From positions 17,918,001-17,982,000 of the forward strand of contig NC_043002.1 in the NCBI RefSeq assembly GCF_006345805.1: a DNA stretch of 64,000 nt, given 5' to 3'. Position numbers and translations under genes: made by a program. Every line of letters starts with the position of its first letter. Position 1 is the stretch's first letter. The notes below the pieces were generated by a model. The model did no database searches, was not told the origin of the DNA, and saw nothing but the letters and a program-made list of their open reading frames with translations. This DNA comes from Octopus sinensis (taxonomy: Eukaryota). Shown piece by piece: positions 27,291-38,904 of this stretch.

Positions 27291-28499
27291 ATACCAAAAT
27301 TCACTTTGTCTGCTCTAAGACAAATTCCTTGGGCAAGAAATGAGAATCCAAAGTGATAGAACACTGATATCCTTCTCTAACTGGACCCCATGCGCGTCTA
27401 CAAATTTCCTCATTCGAAATAATATCTGAAAGTTTTGATATAGTTGTAGTTGTTATATTTCTACCTTAGTTTGTGTTGTTTTGATTAGTAGATCACGAAA
27501 ACTATTCTCAGTAATATCATTATCACCAGAAAAGTTATTATTTCTTTTCCATTTAAAATTCCTGAGTTTTGGTTTAAAATAGTCTTTCTCATATTCTATT
27601 TTGTTTTTAATGTAGACGCTAATGTGTTGTTTTATTCCTTTTCTCTTCTCAACCTATCTTCCATACTTTCTGTAGAAGGCAAGCAAATATTCGACACAGT
27701 ATCGAACATTGGTGAAAAATGACATTTTTTTTTCTTCGAAATTTAGAAAAAAAATTTTAAATAAAATTTTTCAACTTTCTTTGTAATGGCTCGGCGTGAC
27801 ACAACACTGTAAAAACAGCTTTTTATATTTTTGTAAAGAACAAAAATATTACCGAAAATGTGATAAAAATATAGATTGGAGAATGTGTAAAGTCATCATT
27901 ACACGACAGTAAACAACAATAGCAATAACAAGAACATAAATAACAATAAGAAATTGTTTCTGACTGAGGCCCATGCATAGCCTTTTGGGGGATTAGCCGA
28001 TATTATGGAAATGTATTTGAGCAAAAGATGAAATACAATGTTGGCCCCTGTGGGATTAGAACTCAGAATGTAACTGTTTCGAATAACAAAGGTTTCTCCA
28101 AAAAAGGTTTCTCTAACTATTCCTTTGATTCACCACCCTTGTTTTTGCTTAGGAAAATTTGGTACCGGTAGGATTTGAACTCAGATCATATAGAGCTTGA
28201 AGAAGTAAACAATTTATTCTGTCCGACCATCTATCATCCTTGTTAGCTGGTTATTCTTATAATAATATCACTAACTAGGCAAAACAGCTTAAATTTGTTT
28301 GCAGCGGGGTGGCACTGGTTCATCAAATCCATCTTCATTTTCGAGTGACACTTAGTTGTTTCGACCTCGGTGTTATGAACTGTAAAGCTGACCCCGGCGG
28401 GTTTTGGATACAGTAATCAGTCGGTAAAAATACCACAGATCACCTCCGATAGCTCTAACAATCACTGTCCCTAGTAACATCCGCACAAGTTCATAAATT

Positions 28500-29010
28500 G
28501 GATCTTTTCCTTTTGAACGGCAGATGTCAACACAATTTCTAGTTAACTAAACACTTTTAAACTTCGTATACTGGTAGAATGTGTTTATAAAACATTATTT
28601 TCTCTTGGTTTTATTGAGAAAATTCTATAGTTTGTAAGATATTTCGTCTGAAAATCCAAGCATTTCGGCAATTTTAACCAATCGATTACCTCCATTCAAC
28701 TAAAATCATTTGTGGCGTCTAAAACTGAGACAACATCCTGTAACTAACCCTAAACCTTCCCCCTAACCCTAACCTTAACCCTAAATATTTTTTTATTAAT
28801 TGTTAAATTAATTTAATTCCATTGCTTTAGTTTTTTCACACGCGTAACAATTAAATTAATTTAACAATTAAGAAAAAAAAAATTTAGGGTTAGGGTTAAA
28901 ATTTAGGGGGGAGGTTTAGGGTTAGTTACAGGATGTTGTCTCAGTTTTAGACGCAGCAAATGATTTTAGCTCAAAAGAGAGCATAGGATTGGTTAAAATT
29001 TGAAAAATTA
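28500..29010. mobile_element. Foldback/MITE-like element with telomere-like (CCCTAA/TTAGGG) internal repeats
   Basis: Inverted arms at 28671-28818 and 28849-29000; imperfect ccctaa tract at about 28745-28783 and ttaggg tract at about 28884-28925. Confidence 0.6.
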
Positions 29011-29013
29011 AAG

Positions 29014-29290
29014 TCGGAGGATCGCGGTTTCGATTCCCAGACCGGGCGTTATGTGTGTTTATTGAGCGAAAACACCCACTGCTCCACGAGGCGCCGGCAG
29101 GGGTTGTGGAAACCCCTGTTGTACTCTTTCACCCCAACTTTCTCTCACTCTCTCTTCCTGTTTCTTGAATAATGCTGCGATGGACTGGCGTCCCGTCCCG
29201 CTGGGAGGGGGTTTGCATACGCCACAGAAACCGGGAAACCGGGCCCATGAGCCTGGCTAGACTTGAAAAGGGCGAAAATAAAGAAAGAAG
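29014..29290 (+). mobile_element. SINE-C variant, 5'-truncated
   Basis: Head and body match 34523-34907; the 3' end matches 58026-58269. Confidence 0.75.
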
Positions 29291-30351
29291 AATATTCTTA
29301 TAATTAAAACTAAGTGTGATTTAAACAATTAAAATTCAAATCGGTTGTTCTTATCCACATATGTATTACAAACATTAATCTGATCATGCTGCAACATCCT
29401 ACGACTCTGCCCGTTTGTAATGTGTTGTATAGCTCGTAAATATTATTGATGTAACCGAAGATGGAAGTAGGCATTTTTTGCGATAACTATCTTAAAAAGA
29501 CATCCACCAATCTGGTGCTTTCAGTGAGATTCGAAAGTAAATTATGATGTTGTCTTCACCAACATATCATTTTTAGGCTGTGTAAATTGATTCCGTCTGT
29601 CACGCGCAATATTTCTTCCGAATCTATTTTTCATGCTTATAAGGCTCTTATTTTCCCTTGCATTTGACACTTTTTTTCAAATTTGAGTTGGTGCTCATGA
29701 TGCTTTCTTTCCTAGGCCGAGTTTAAAGTAGCTGCTTCATATTTTTAGCACCGTGTTGGTAGCATTACTCAGAGAAGACAATATATCATATTTAACAGAC
29801 GAGTGTGAATACAGACATCTTGAACACAGAATTGCATTGCAGATAGACTAACTGACAAAAACGCTTGTAAAATATTCATAATATTGCCCATGCATGTTCA
29901 CCGTTTTGACGTGTGTCACTTGGATTTCTGATAGAAACAGTATAATCTTGAAAAAAACATAGTGGGTATTCTAGATTGTACAAATCTCATAAATTAGCAA
30001 AAGATAGATATTAAGCTCTTCGTCGTTTCATTTATTTGACTACACAAGCCACATAATCGAGATCTACACGGCCAAATCAGGGACGACCAACAGACAGTTA
30101 TCTGGAACGGAATCCCTGCCTACATCCAACATGCTATTTGGAATGATTATTAAAACATAATGAAATTTGTTCCCAGCAATGCTTCTGCGACATCTAAAGG
30201 TATTTGGGTTCCAGGACTTACGTATGCATGAATTTATATATGCATGTGTATGCTTGTATAGATAAATACTGCATGCACATACGCACACACAAACACCCAA
30301 CACATATGTATGTATATATATATATTTGCATATATGTGTGTGTGTGTGTGT

Positions 30352-30790
30352 ACGCTTGATCCAGGACTAGCTCCGTCAATGAGACAAGGTGCAGAAAATC
30401 CTGTGTGACAAACGGCCACCATACCTGTTCACCGTTAAGAAAGCGCTGGACACGTGGCAGCCTCAGCGCGTGTCGGCGCATCAGTAATCATGACATGCCC
30501 TGTCTTCCACTCAGCGGCTATTGACCGCAGATGGACCGCCTGACGAGTGGGACACGTCCCTTCAACAGAAAGCGGGAGAGCAGGCGCTCCAGCTTTATCA
30601 GACGCGAAGCAGGGAAATGGAAAACAGTCAGGCGATGATGACAGATGCGATGCACGCATTCGCCACTTCAGCCTGAACTTTCAGAGAAAGCTCCCTCTCT
30701 GCCTAATTCTGGGTGAGATTGGCTACCCTGCTCGTCACACCACCCCCAGTTCTTCTCTACCCGGAAGTCTTGATCAAACCGGACACTGAT
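30352..30790 (-). mobile_element. L1/Tx1-clade LINE ORF2 (post-RT region) relic
   Basis: Minus frames: VTSRVANLTQN*AERELSLKVQAEVANACIASV / RLTVFHFPASRLIKLERLLSRFLLKGRVPLVRRSICGQ*PLSGRQGM..LLMRRHALRL. This matches the Tx1/L1 pattern (LSL.GR....N...S...Y; FLWKG...V.R......GGLG). Confidence 0.72.
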
Positions 30791-30807
30791 TAATTGAACC
30801 GGTCCAG

Positions 30808-30833
30808 TCATAATAATAATAATAATAATAATA

Positions 30834-30866
<33 letters not shown>

Positions 30867-31070
30867 TGATGATGATAATAATGATAATGATAATGATGAT
30901 GATGAAGACAACGACGACGACTAGGTCGACGACGATGACTGCGATGATGATGATGAGGATGATGATGGTGGTGATGATGATGATGGTGGTGGTGATCTTA
31001 ATGATGATGATGATGATGATGTTGATGATGATGAAGAGTACGATGACGATGATGAGGAGGAGGGTGCGTT

Positions 31071-31101
<31 letters not shown>

Positions 31102-31102
31102 T
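30808..31102. repeat. Compound microsatellite (AAT)n(GAT)n(CAG)n(TAG)n
   Basis: Directly visible. Confidence 0.9.
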
Positions 31103-32274
31103 GTAACAGAAACATTAAGATTTCCCGAAAATGTCAATTCTAGTTACTTTTTTTTGCTTTTATGAAAGAAAAAAAATAAGAAAAACATAGAAAGACTTCA
31201 TTTTCCCAAAATGTAATGTTACCTTTGCTTACGTGGAAAGCTGTAAAAACAAGTAAACTCTTAGTCAAAGCAATAAATAAAATATTACAGATGCAAACAA
31301 GAGATTAGATAAAGGAAGAAATATATGTCAACGGAATTTAATTTTCTGCTGTCTTTTAAACATCATTCACTTCGCTGTTATAAAGCATTTCCCATCAACG
31401 TCTTTTGTTACTACTTATAGCATGACGAAAACAAAATTCAAACAAACTGTGGGCTTGCTTCGCAGCTCCTATTTAATATCCAAACTGACAATCAACAACG
31501 TGAGAGTAGTACATGTATTTATTATTATTGTGGTAGTTGTTGTTTTTTCTCGGCAGTACGTTGAAGCAAAGAAATAAAAAAATATAGTATATAGATATAA
31601 TGAATATAAACAAAAGCCAAAAACGCATAGTTGCATGTAATGCAAACAAATCCATGATTAGTTTGCTGTTTCTATTGATTACACTGTTGTCTTGTTAATA
31701 AAATGGCGGAAACTATATAGCAAAGTTAAAATGGAATTACACAACCAATTCGTACATTTCCAGTTCGAATTCACCGCATATATTTTGTGGCACTTATTTA
31801 TAAGGAATCTAGTTCCTTCGGAAATCAAATGCACCACAGGCATCGAATTTTCTCTCCCCTGTTTTATATCATCAGTTTACCTATCGTATGTATCCCGCAT
31901 TCCCCTGGGGTTCATGCATCTTACCTCATACATATTTCCAATATTCGTCAGGCACCGGAGTAACTTAGGACTTATTGAACGGAAGATTTATGTTACTTAC
32001 AACTATTGGAACAAGGCTAATTGAACCACTGGAATCGAGAATGAACGTTTAGAAGCAACTTATAAAAACGCTTTGGGTGAGCAAAGTGTTAGCATGGAGC
32101 TGGTTTCTGGTGGGGTTTTTTTTTAAATATATAAAAACCCATCTACTAAATTAAGTATTTAACAATAATCGCGTAATTTCATAACAGAATCAGCACAGTT
32201 AATCACAATTGCCTTCACACTTCTCACGGTCCTAACATATATAGATAAATAGACAGACAGAGAGACAGACAGAT

Positions 32275-32446
<172 letters not shown>

Positions 32447-32447
<1 letters not shown>

Positions 32448-32820
32448 GTTTCTTTATTAGCCACACAGGGCTGCACACAGACGGGACAGATTACAAAGTA
32501 GAGCTTTTCTTTTTTGGGGGAGAAAAAATAAAGGTGGCGTAGGTTTTCGATCAAAAGGGATCGTAAAACGGTAAGAAGAAAAAAGAAGAAAAGGGAAACG
32601 AAAAAAACGATCAATAGGGATCGTGTATCACAGTATCATGATGTAAAGTGTAAAGGGGGAAGCAGATAAGGTTTATCCGTGGGAAGAAAAGCCTACGGGA
32701 AAGACCACGGTAACCTCGGTCAATAATGTTACGTTACCACATTTGTTAGCAAGTAGGTAACCCTCTGTTTTAAATTTTCCAGATTTATAGGATTATGCTT
32801 AAGGTGGCTTCGGCATTCAA
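32447..32820 (-). mobile_element. LINE 3' end (probably Tx1-type) with aataaa and a (TCTA)n tail
   Basis: Minus strand ends ...ccctgtgtggctaataaagaaacata followed by (tcta)n. A second, inverted copy lies at 35006-35165. Confidence 0.55.
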
Positions 32821-32849
32821 TAGATAGATAGATAGATAGATAGATAGAT

Positions 32850-32920
<71 letters not shown>

Positions 32921-33953
32921 TGGAAACGTGAGGTTTTGTGGATAGACGTCTTGTATTTATTTAACGCTTTACATTATGTCTTTCTCGTCTCTGCTTACAT
33001 ATTTCCATCACCCCAGTCACTAGTTTGCTGCAGTGCGTTTGAAAAGTTTGATACAAATCTCGGTGAAGAAAATATATAGCAAGAAATTCGTCCGATGATC
33101 ACTACACACTCGAAACTGCAACGACTTACTATATCTTAGAAATATTTTCTTTCCATTTTGTTGGTTCCTTTCTGGCATAATGATTTAGATCGATCAGGTG
33201 GGACAATGGCCACAACAGCTCAACATCAATTTAATAGTGCTCGGGTGAAAAGGAATAGTTGAAAAACATCATAACAAATGGTAAACTTTTCAAAGGCAAG
33301 CTGTTTGTTTACTTACTTTGTTCACGTGTGACTTGAGATGAGCTTTCATTGAATAGATCTCTTACACTGTAGTGGTAGTTGACTAAACAACTGGATACAA
33401 TACACGGATCAAAAATTTAATTATTGATGAGTGAAGTTTCTTGGGAAGATGAATTATATTCTAGAAATAAGTCAGTTTTTCAACGAACAGAATTGCATTG
33501 CATGTGTTTAGGGACTTCTGGTTGATTTATACATTGAGTAAAGCTATAAGTCAATAGATAGATGGATCAGCTCTAGATTCTACGTCATGCATAAAGATAT
33601 CAGAGAGCCTGGCTTCTACGTGTTTGGAAATATGCCATAAGAGGAAAAAAGCTAAAATTCGCGGCAATGGTTTAGCTTGCTCCATATAGAATTTTTACAC
33701 GCTTAGTTGCTTTTCACCTTCTCTTATCTCTCTCTCCCCTCTCTTTCGAGATATATATATATATATACATATATCCCTTTCTCTTTCTTATATAAATATA
33801 TATGTATATATATATATATATTTACATATGATATAATATATATACATAATATATATGATTTTAAATAAATATGTAAAAATATGGGTAAATTTGCACATAT
33901 GTGTATGTGTACATGTTTGTATACACTCCCTTCCATCCTACGCCTTTTATTTA

Positions 33954-34041
<88 letters not shown>

Positions 34042-34054
34042 TATATACATAATT

Positions 34055-34089
<35 letters not shown>

Positions 34090-34136
34090 TTATGTATATA
34101 TATATATATAAAGATACAGATAGGATAGATACATCT

Positions 34137-34213
<77 letters not shown>

Positions 34214-34522
34214 CGTCGCCCGCTGTTTCATTGGCACATACATTGAATTCGGTGTTACACGTAACCCATCGTTTCTATAGCTAATATCCACCAGCCAAAT
34301 ACTGATGATGGAGATGGTGACGACAACGAGGATGAGGTTGCGAAAGACAAGTGCAGATAAATGCAAAGCAATTTGGTAATATGCAGCTTCCAAATTAAGA
34401 ATCACGGCCCAACTACACCGCATTAGAAGGTAAAATTGACCGCATCACCATAAGACACATTAACACTTACGTGAACATTATTCGGACAATAACATCGGCC
34501 AGTGTCTAATTAAATGTGTGGT

Positions 34523-34907
34523 GTGGAGGCGCAATGGCCCAGTGGTTAGGGCAGCGGACTCGCGGTCATAGGATCGCGGTTTCGATTCCCAGACCGGGCG
34601 TTGTGAGTGCTTATTGAGCGAAAACACCTAAAGCTCCACGAGGCTCCGGCAGGGGATGGTGGTGATCCCTGCTGTATTCTTTCACCACAACTTTCTCTCA
34701 CTCTTACTTCCTGTTTCTGTTGTACCTGTAATTTCAAGGGGCCGGCCTTGTCACTCTCTGTGTCACGCTGAATATCCCTGAGAACTACGTTAAGGGTGCA
34801 CGTGTCTGTGGAGTGCTCAGCCACTTACACGTTAATTTCACGAGCAGGCTGTTCCGTTGATTCGGATCAACCGGAACCCTCATCGTCGTAACCGACGGAG
34901 TGCTTCC
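34523..34907 (+). mobile_element. SINE-C, full length, with 11-bp target-site duplication
   Basis: tRNA-like head ggcgcaatggcccagtggttagggcagcggac...ggtttcgattccc; TSD aaatgtgtggt at 34512-34522 and 34908-34918. Confidence 0.9.
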
Positions 34908-35005
34908 AAATGTGTGGTAGACGTGAAAGTGACTATTGTGAATTTTTTGGACTGATAGTTGTGCTGAAGTTTCTAGAAACATGACTGAATGTTATAAAAT
35001 GTTGA

Positions 35006-35165
35006 TATGATACCCGATCCCTATTGATCGTTTTTTTTTCTGTCCCTTTTACGATCCCTTTTGATCGAAAACTTACCCCACCGTTTCCCCCCCCCCCCAC
35101 CAAAGCTCTACTTTGTAATCTGTCCCGTCTGTGTTCATCCCTGTGTGGCTAATAAAGAAACATAT
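35006..35165 (+). mobile_element. Second copy of the LINE 3' end seen at 32447-32640
   Basis: Reverse-complement match (gatccctattgatcg; ctttgtaatctgtcccgtctgtg; aataaagaaacata). Confidence 0.6.
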
Positions 35166-35704
35166 TGAACTTCTAAACAGAACTACCTCAGATGCATCAC
35201 ATGATTTTGTCGGTCAGTTTTGTGATAAAGTCTTCTCAATTTTTCTATTTAGCATGTCTTAATTACTATAAGTTGCCATATATATAGTTCTGAAGTATTT
35301 TGTGCAATGATAACTTTTACTTATTAATTTACTATATTAAATATGCTGCTTTATTCAGATAATTGTAGCACATATTTAATTTCAAATATTCCTCCTGATA
35401 AAATGTATGGAAACATACTAATATCAGCGTTGGAATTCAGGCATTTAGATGGAGCCTACTTGAGATTATGTACTACCAATGCCGAAATGATCGCAAACAT
35501 CTACTGATGTCAGCCAGTAAAATATTAAACTGCAGCCACACTGTTTTATCGTAGATCATTATGGTTTAATACAAGACACTTGCGAGTTTGTCAGTTCGTT
35601 TACATGCGTGTGTCACTGACAATCAATATATCTTTATCTTTTACTCGTTTCAATTTTAACATCTTAGTTATATGTATCAACCAGGGTGCTTACTTTTTAA
35701 AGCC

Positions 35705-35826
35705 TTATACTTACTTCATCAGTTTTTGGGGGCCGAACCGCTAAGTTGCAAGGACGTAAACACACCAGCATCGGTAGTCAAGCGATGGTGGTGGGGACAA
35801 ACAAACACGTACAAAGACACACACAC

Positions 35827-35830
<4 letters not shown>
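35705..35830 (-). mobile_element. SINE-A internal fragment
   Basis: gccgaaccgctaag..ggacgtaaacacaccagcatcggt..caagcgatg. Confidence 0.7.
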
Positions 35831-35878
<48 letters not shown>

Positions 35879-35952
35879 AATATTATGGAATAAATCCAAA
35901 TTTACAGGGAAAAATCAGATTTAGGATTGAATCCAATTTTATAGTAAAATAT

Positions 35953-36178
35953 TATATTATATTAAATTAGAGACAAAACCACTATTATGCAAATCAAACA
36001 AAGAAAGACTTAAGCCAATACATAAGATAATTTATATAAATTAAATTTAATTAAAATTAACCACTACGATCGTAGAAGTGGTTATTTTAATTAAATTTAA
36101 TTTATATAAATTATTTTATGTATTGGCTTAAGTCTTTCTTTGTTTGATTTGCATAATAGTGGTTTTGTCTCTAATTTA

Positions 36179-36188
<10 letters not shown>
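35953..36188. repeat. Near-perfect long palindrome (arms about 112 bp)
   Basis: Arms 35953-36064 and 36078-36188 are reverse complements with about two differences; centre is tacgatcgta-gaa. Confidence 0.92.
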
Positions 36189-36225
<37 letters not shown>

Positions 36226-36477
36226 CAGACAGAAATCAAGTCAAGATATCCAGAGCCGATATGAATTTCAAGCTCAAATATATAGAAGCGCCATGATTTC
36301 AAGCGCAAGCAAAAGATCCCCAAAAGCTTCGATGCTCTTCCTTGCATATCTAGTTTTATATAATGTATACATTCTTCACATGACATGCTTTAACAAAAGC
36401 TAAGAGTTGTCTCATTCCCAGTGATCTTCAAACACGCCGAACCTCAACACGACCTACGTTTATAAATACATGTATAC

Positions 36478-36910
36478 TCTCATCATCATTATTCGACCGT
36501 GGTCGAGACAATGGAATTTAGCAAGCTACGCCAGACTTCACGATCCATCAAAGCATTACGAAGGTCCTGTTGCTGGATGCCTGTATCCCTGGAGATTACA
36601 TCACGGTAGGAGAGTGTGCGCCCTCTGGTATCGCGAGTAGATGGCTTCCAGAGGAGAAGAGTAGAAATTGCCTCGTTTTCAGCTCTACAACAATGTCCAG
36701 CAAACTAGACTCTCCTACCTTTTACAAGAGATGACACTGGTGGTAGTTTCCCATATATTTGCATTTTGGTTGGATGACGCTTCCACGAGAGATTTTGTAT
36801 ACTCTACCGCGAGAAGTTGTAATTCGGCTAACCGTGACAGCTAGGGAAGTTGTATCGGTTGCAGCTGTAAGTGCTATGTCTTTCCTGCTAAACGTAAATA
36901 TGTTAACCAA
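36478..36910 (-). mobile_element. RTE/RTE-X LINE 3' fragment
   Basis: Minus strand: VQNLSWKRHPTKMQIYGKLPPVSSLVK...AGHCCRAENEAISTLLLWKP..TRGRTLSYRDVISRDTG...LMDREVWRS*, then a (tga)n tail. Confidence 0.8.
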
Positions 36911-37453
36911 GTTCTTATTGTATTATTGACTGCTTTCAATAGTCTAGAGAGTGTTTATCATGCTTCGAAACATATCTTTATTTTATGCGCGTACTTTGCA
37001 GACAGAGAATTATTTCAGATACAGGAATCAGTAATGTAAACATAATTATTCTTAAAACTTACTAGATGAATCTGGGCCGTTAATATCATGTCTGGGGGGG
37101 AATATGTCAGTTTTATGATTTTCCATTTGATATATTTTCTCTCTGGAAATTATTAACTGTACGATGGTATTTAATTGTTATTAATGGCTCTCATCAATGT
37201 TATCATTATTGAGCAATATATGTTTATTGTGCAATAAGTGGGTGTGATCGATATTATATTGTCTCTCACTAAATAAATAACACAAAATTCACATATTTCA
37301 TTAAAGCGGATGAATATGGAGAAAAAATTGAATTAAGTCCTGTAGTGTTTTCCATAAATCTGAAACATAATAACGTTAACGAATGATGATAAGGTGATTC
37401 GAAGACAGGAAGCACATATGCATGCATATAGACAAGCGCATACACATACATTA

Positions 37454-37521
<68 letters not shown>

Positions 37522-38349
37522 TCATGTATATATAACTATACGTACATATGTATACATGTATATGTGTATATACATATTTATGTATATATTGATATATGCA
37601 TATAAGTGTGGGTCTTTAGGAGACATTGTAAGTTAAAATGGAAGCAAGAGTACATTAATGTTTATGTGTGTAGGTGTATATGTTTATGTGTGTGTACATG
37701 TCATATATTTGATATTTTGTGCTAAAATGCTCAATTATTATTTTCTACCATGATTTTGCGTGATTTCATAGTTAACTCTGAGTATGCTAAGTACTTAAAA
37801 TTTTGCTTTATCGAGCGAAATAGAGACGTAAAATGTGTTTACATTGCTTGGTCTAGACGAATGAGAGACAATGTGTGACGTAGAGGTAAACATCTTTGGA
37901 AATCAAGAAGTAAATTATGTGTGACAAAAGACGCAACACAAGACGATAGTTAGAAACAAAGAAAGCAATGTACTCGAGAATAACCTTTTAAAATCGGTAA
38001 TTTTTCTATTTTACGTAGATTATAATTTATATAATTTTCAGTAAACGACTATAATGAGATGGAATGAAGGGATACACTCGAAAACAACGTTTTTAAATTG
38101 TGTAATTTTATATTTTATATAAATAACATTTTATATAATTTGAAACACACGACAATGCCGAAGAACAAAGAAAGAAACTACTTGAAGAAAACCTTTTAAG
38201 AAATTGTTAAATTCTTATCTGATATGAATTATAATTTAAATAAATTGCAATACAAAAAGAAATACACTGTTTTAATTTTTTTTTGTCTTCGTATTTGGTT
38301 TGTAAAATTCTTCCTGTGAAATCGTGTTATGAAACATTTTGTTTCATGT

Positions 38350-38665
38350 TAGGAGTGTCGGCACTCCGGGCATAATGCTGAGTGATATTTCGTCCATCTT
38401 TACGTTCTGAGTTCAAATACTACCATGTTCGACTTTGCCTTTCATCCTTTCGTGGTCGATAAATCAAGTACCTGTGAAACAATGGGGTCGATGTAATCGA
38501 CTTGGCCTCTCCCAACAAACTTGAGGCTTTATGCCTCCAGTAGAAATGGTTATTATGCAAAATCGTTAGCATGCCGAGCGAAATGCTTACCGGTGTTTCG
38601 TCTGCCGTTACGTTCTGAGTTCAAATTCCACCGAGGTCGGTTTGGCCCTTCATCCTTTCAGTAAA
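38350..38665 (+). mobile_element. Two adjacent SINE-B copies or fragments
   Basis: ttacgttctgagttcaaat...tttgcctttcatcctttc appears twice. Confidence 0.7.
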
Positions 38666-38767
38666 TGCGTCAAGGCCGACATGAAGCGTTGATGCTTCCT
38701 AGGGCTAAATAGCGGTGGAGTGATACCCTTCATGGGACTGTCATATTAAGTTGACAGTATACAACTG

Positions 38768-38886
<119 letters not shown>

Positions 38887-38904
38887 TTGATATATATATA
38901 TATA

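Noticed and set aside
30383-30676. Plus-strand protein-like frame (…DEWDTSLQQKAGEQALQLY…) with an apparent acceptor
   Set aside because: It is the antisense shadow of the Tx1 ORF2 relic and has in-frame stops at 30485 and 30491.
34523-34600. SINE heads as tRNA genes
   Set aside because: tRNA-like A/B boxes run straight into repeat bodies, with no complete cloverleaf or acceptor stem.
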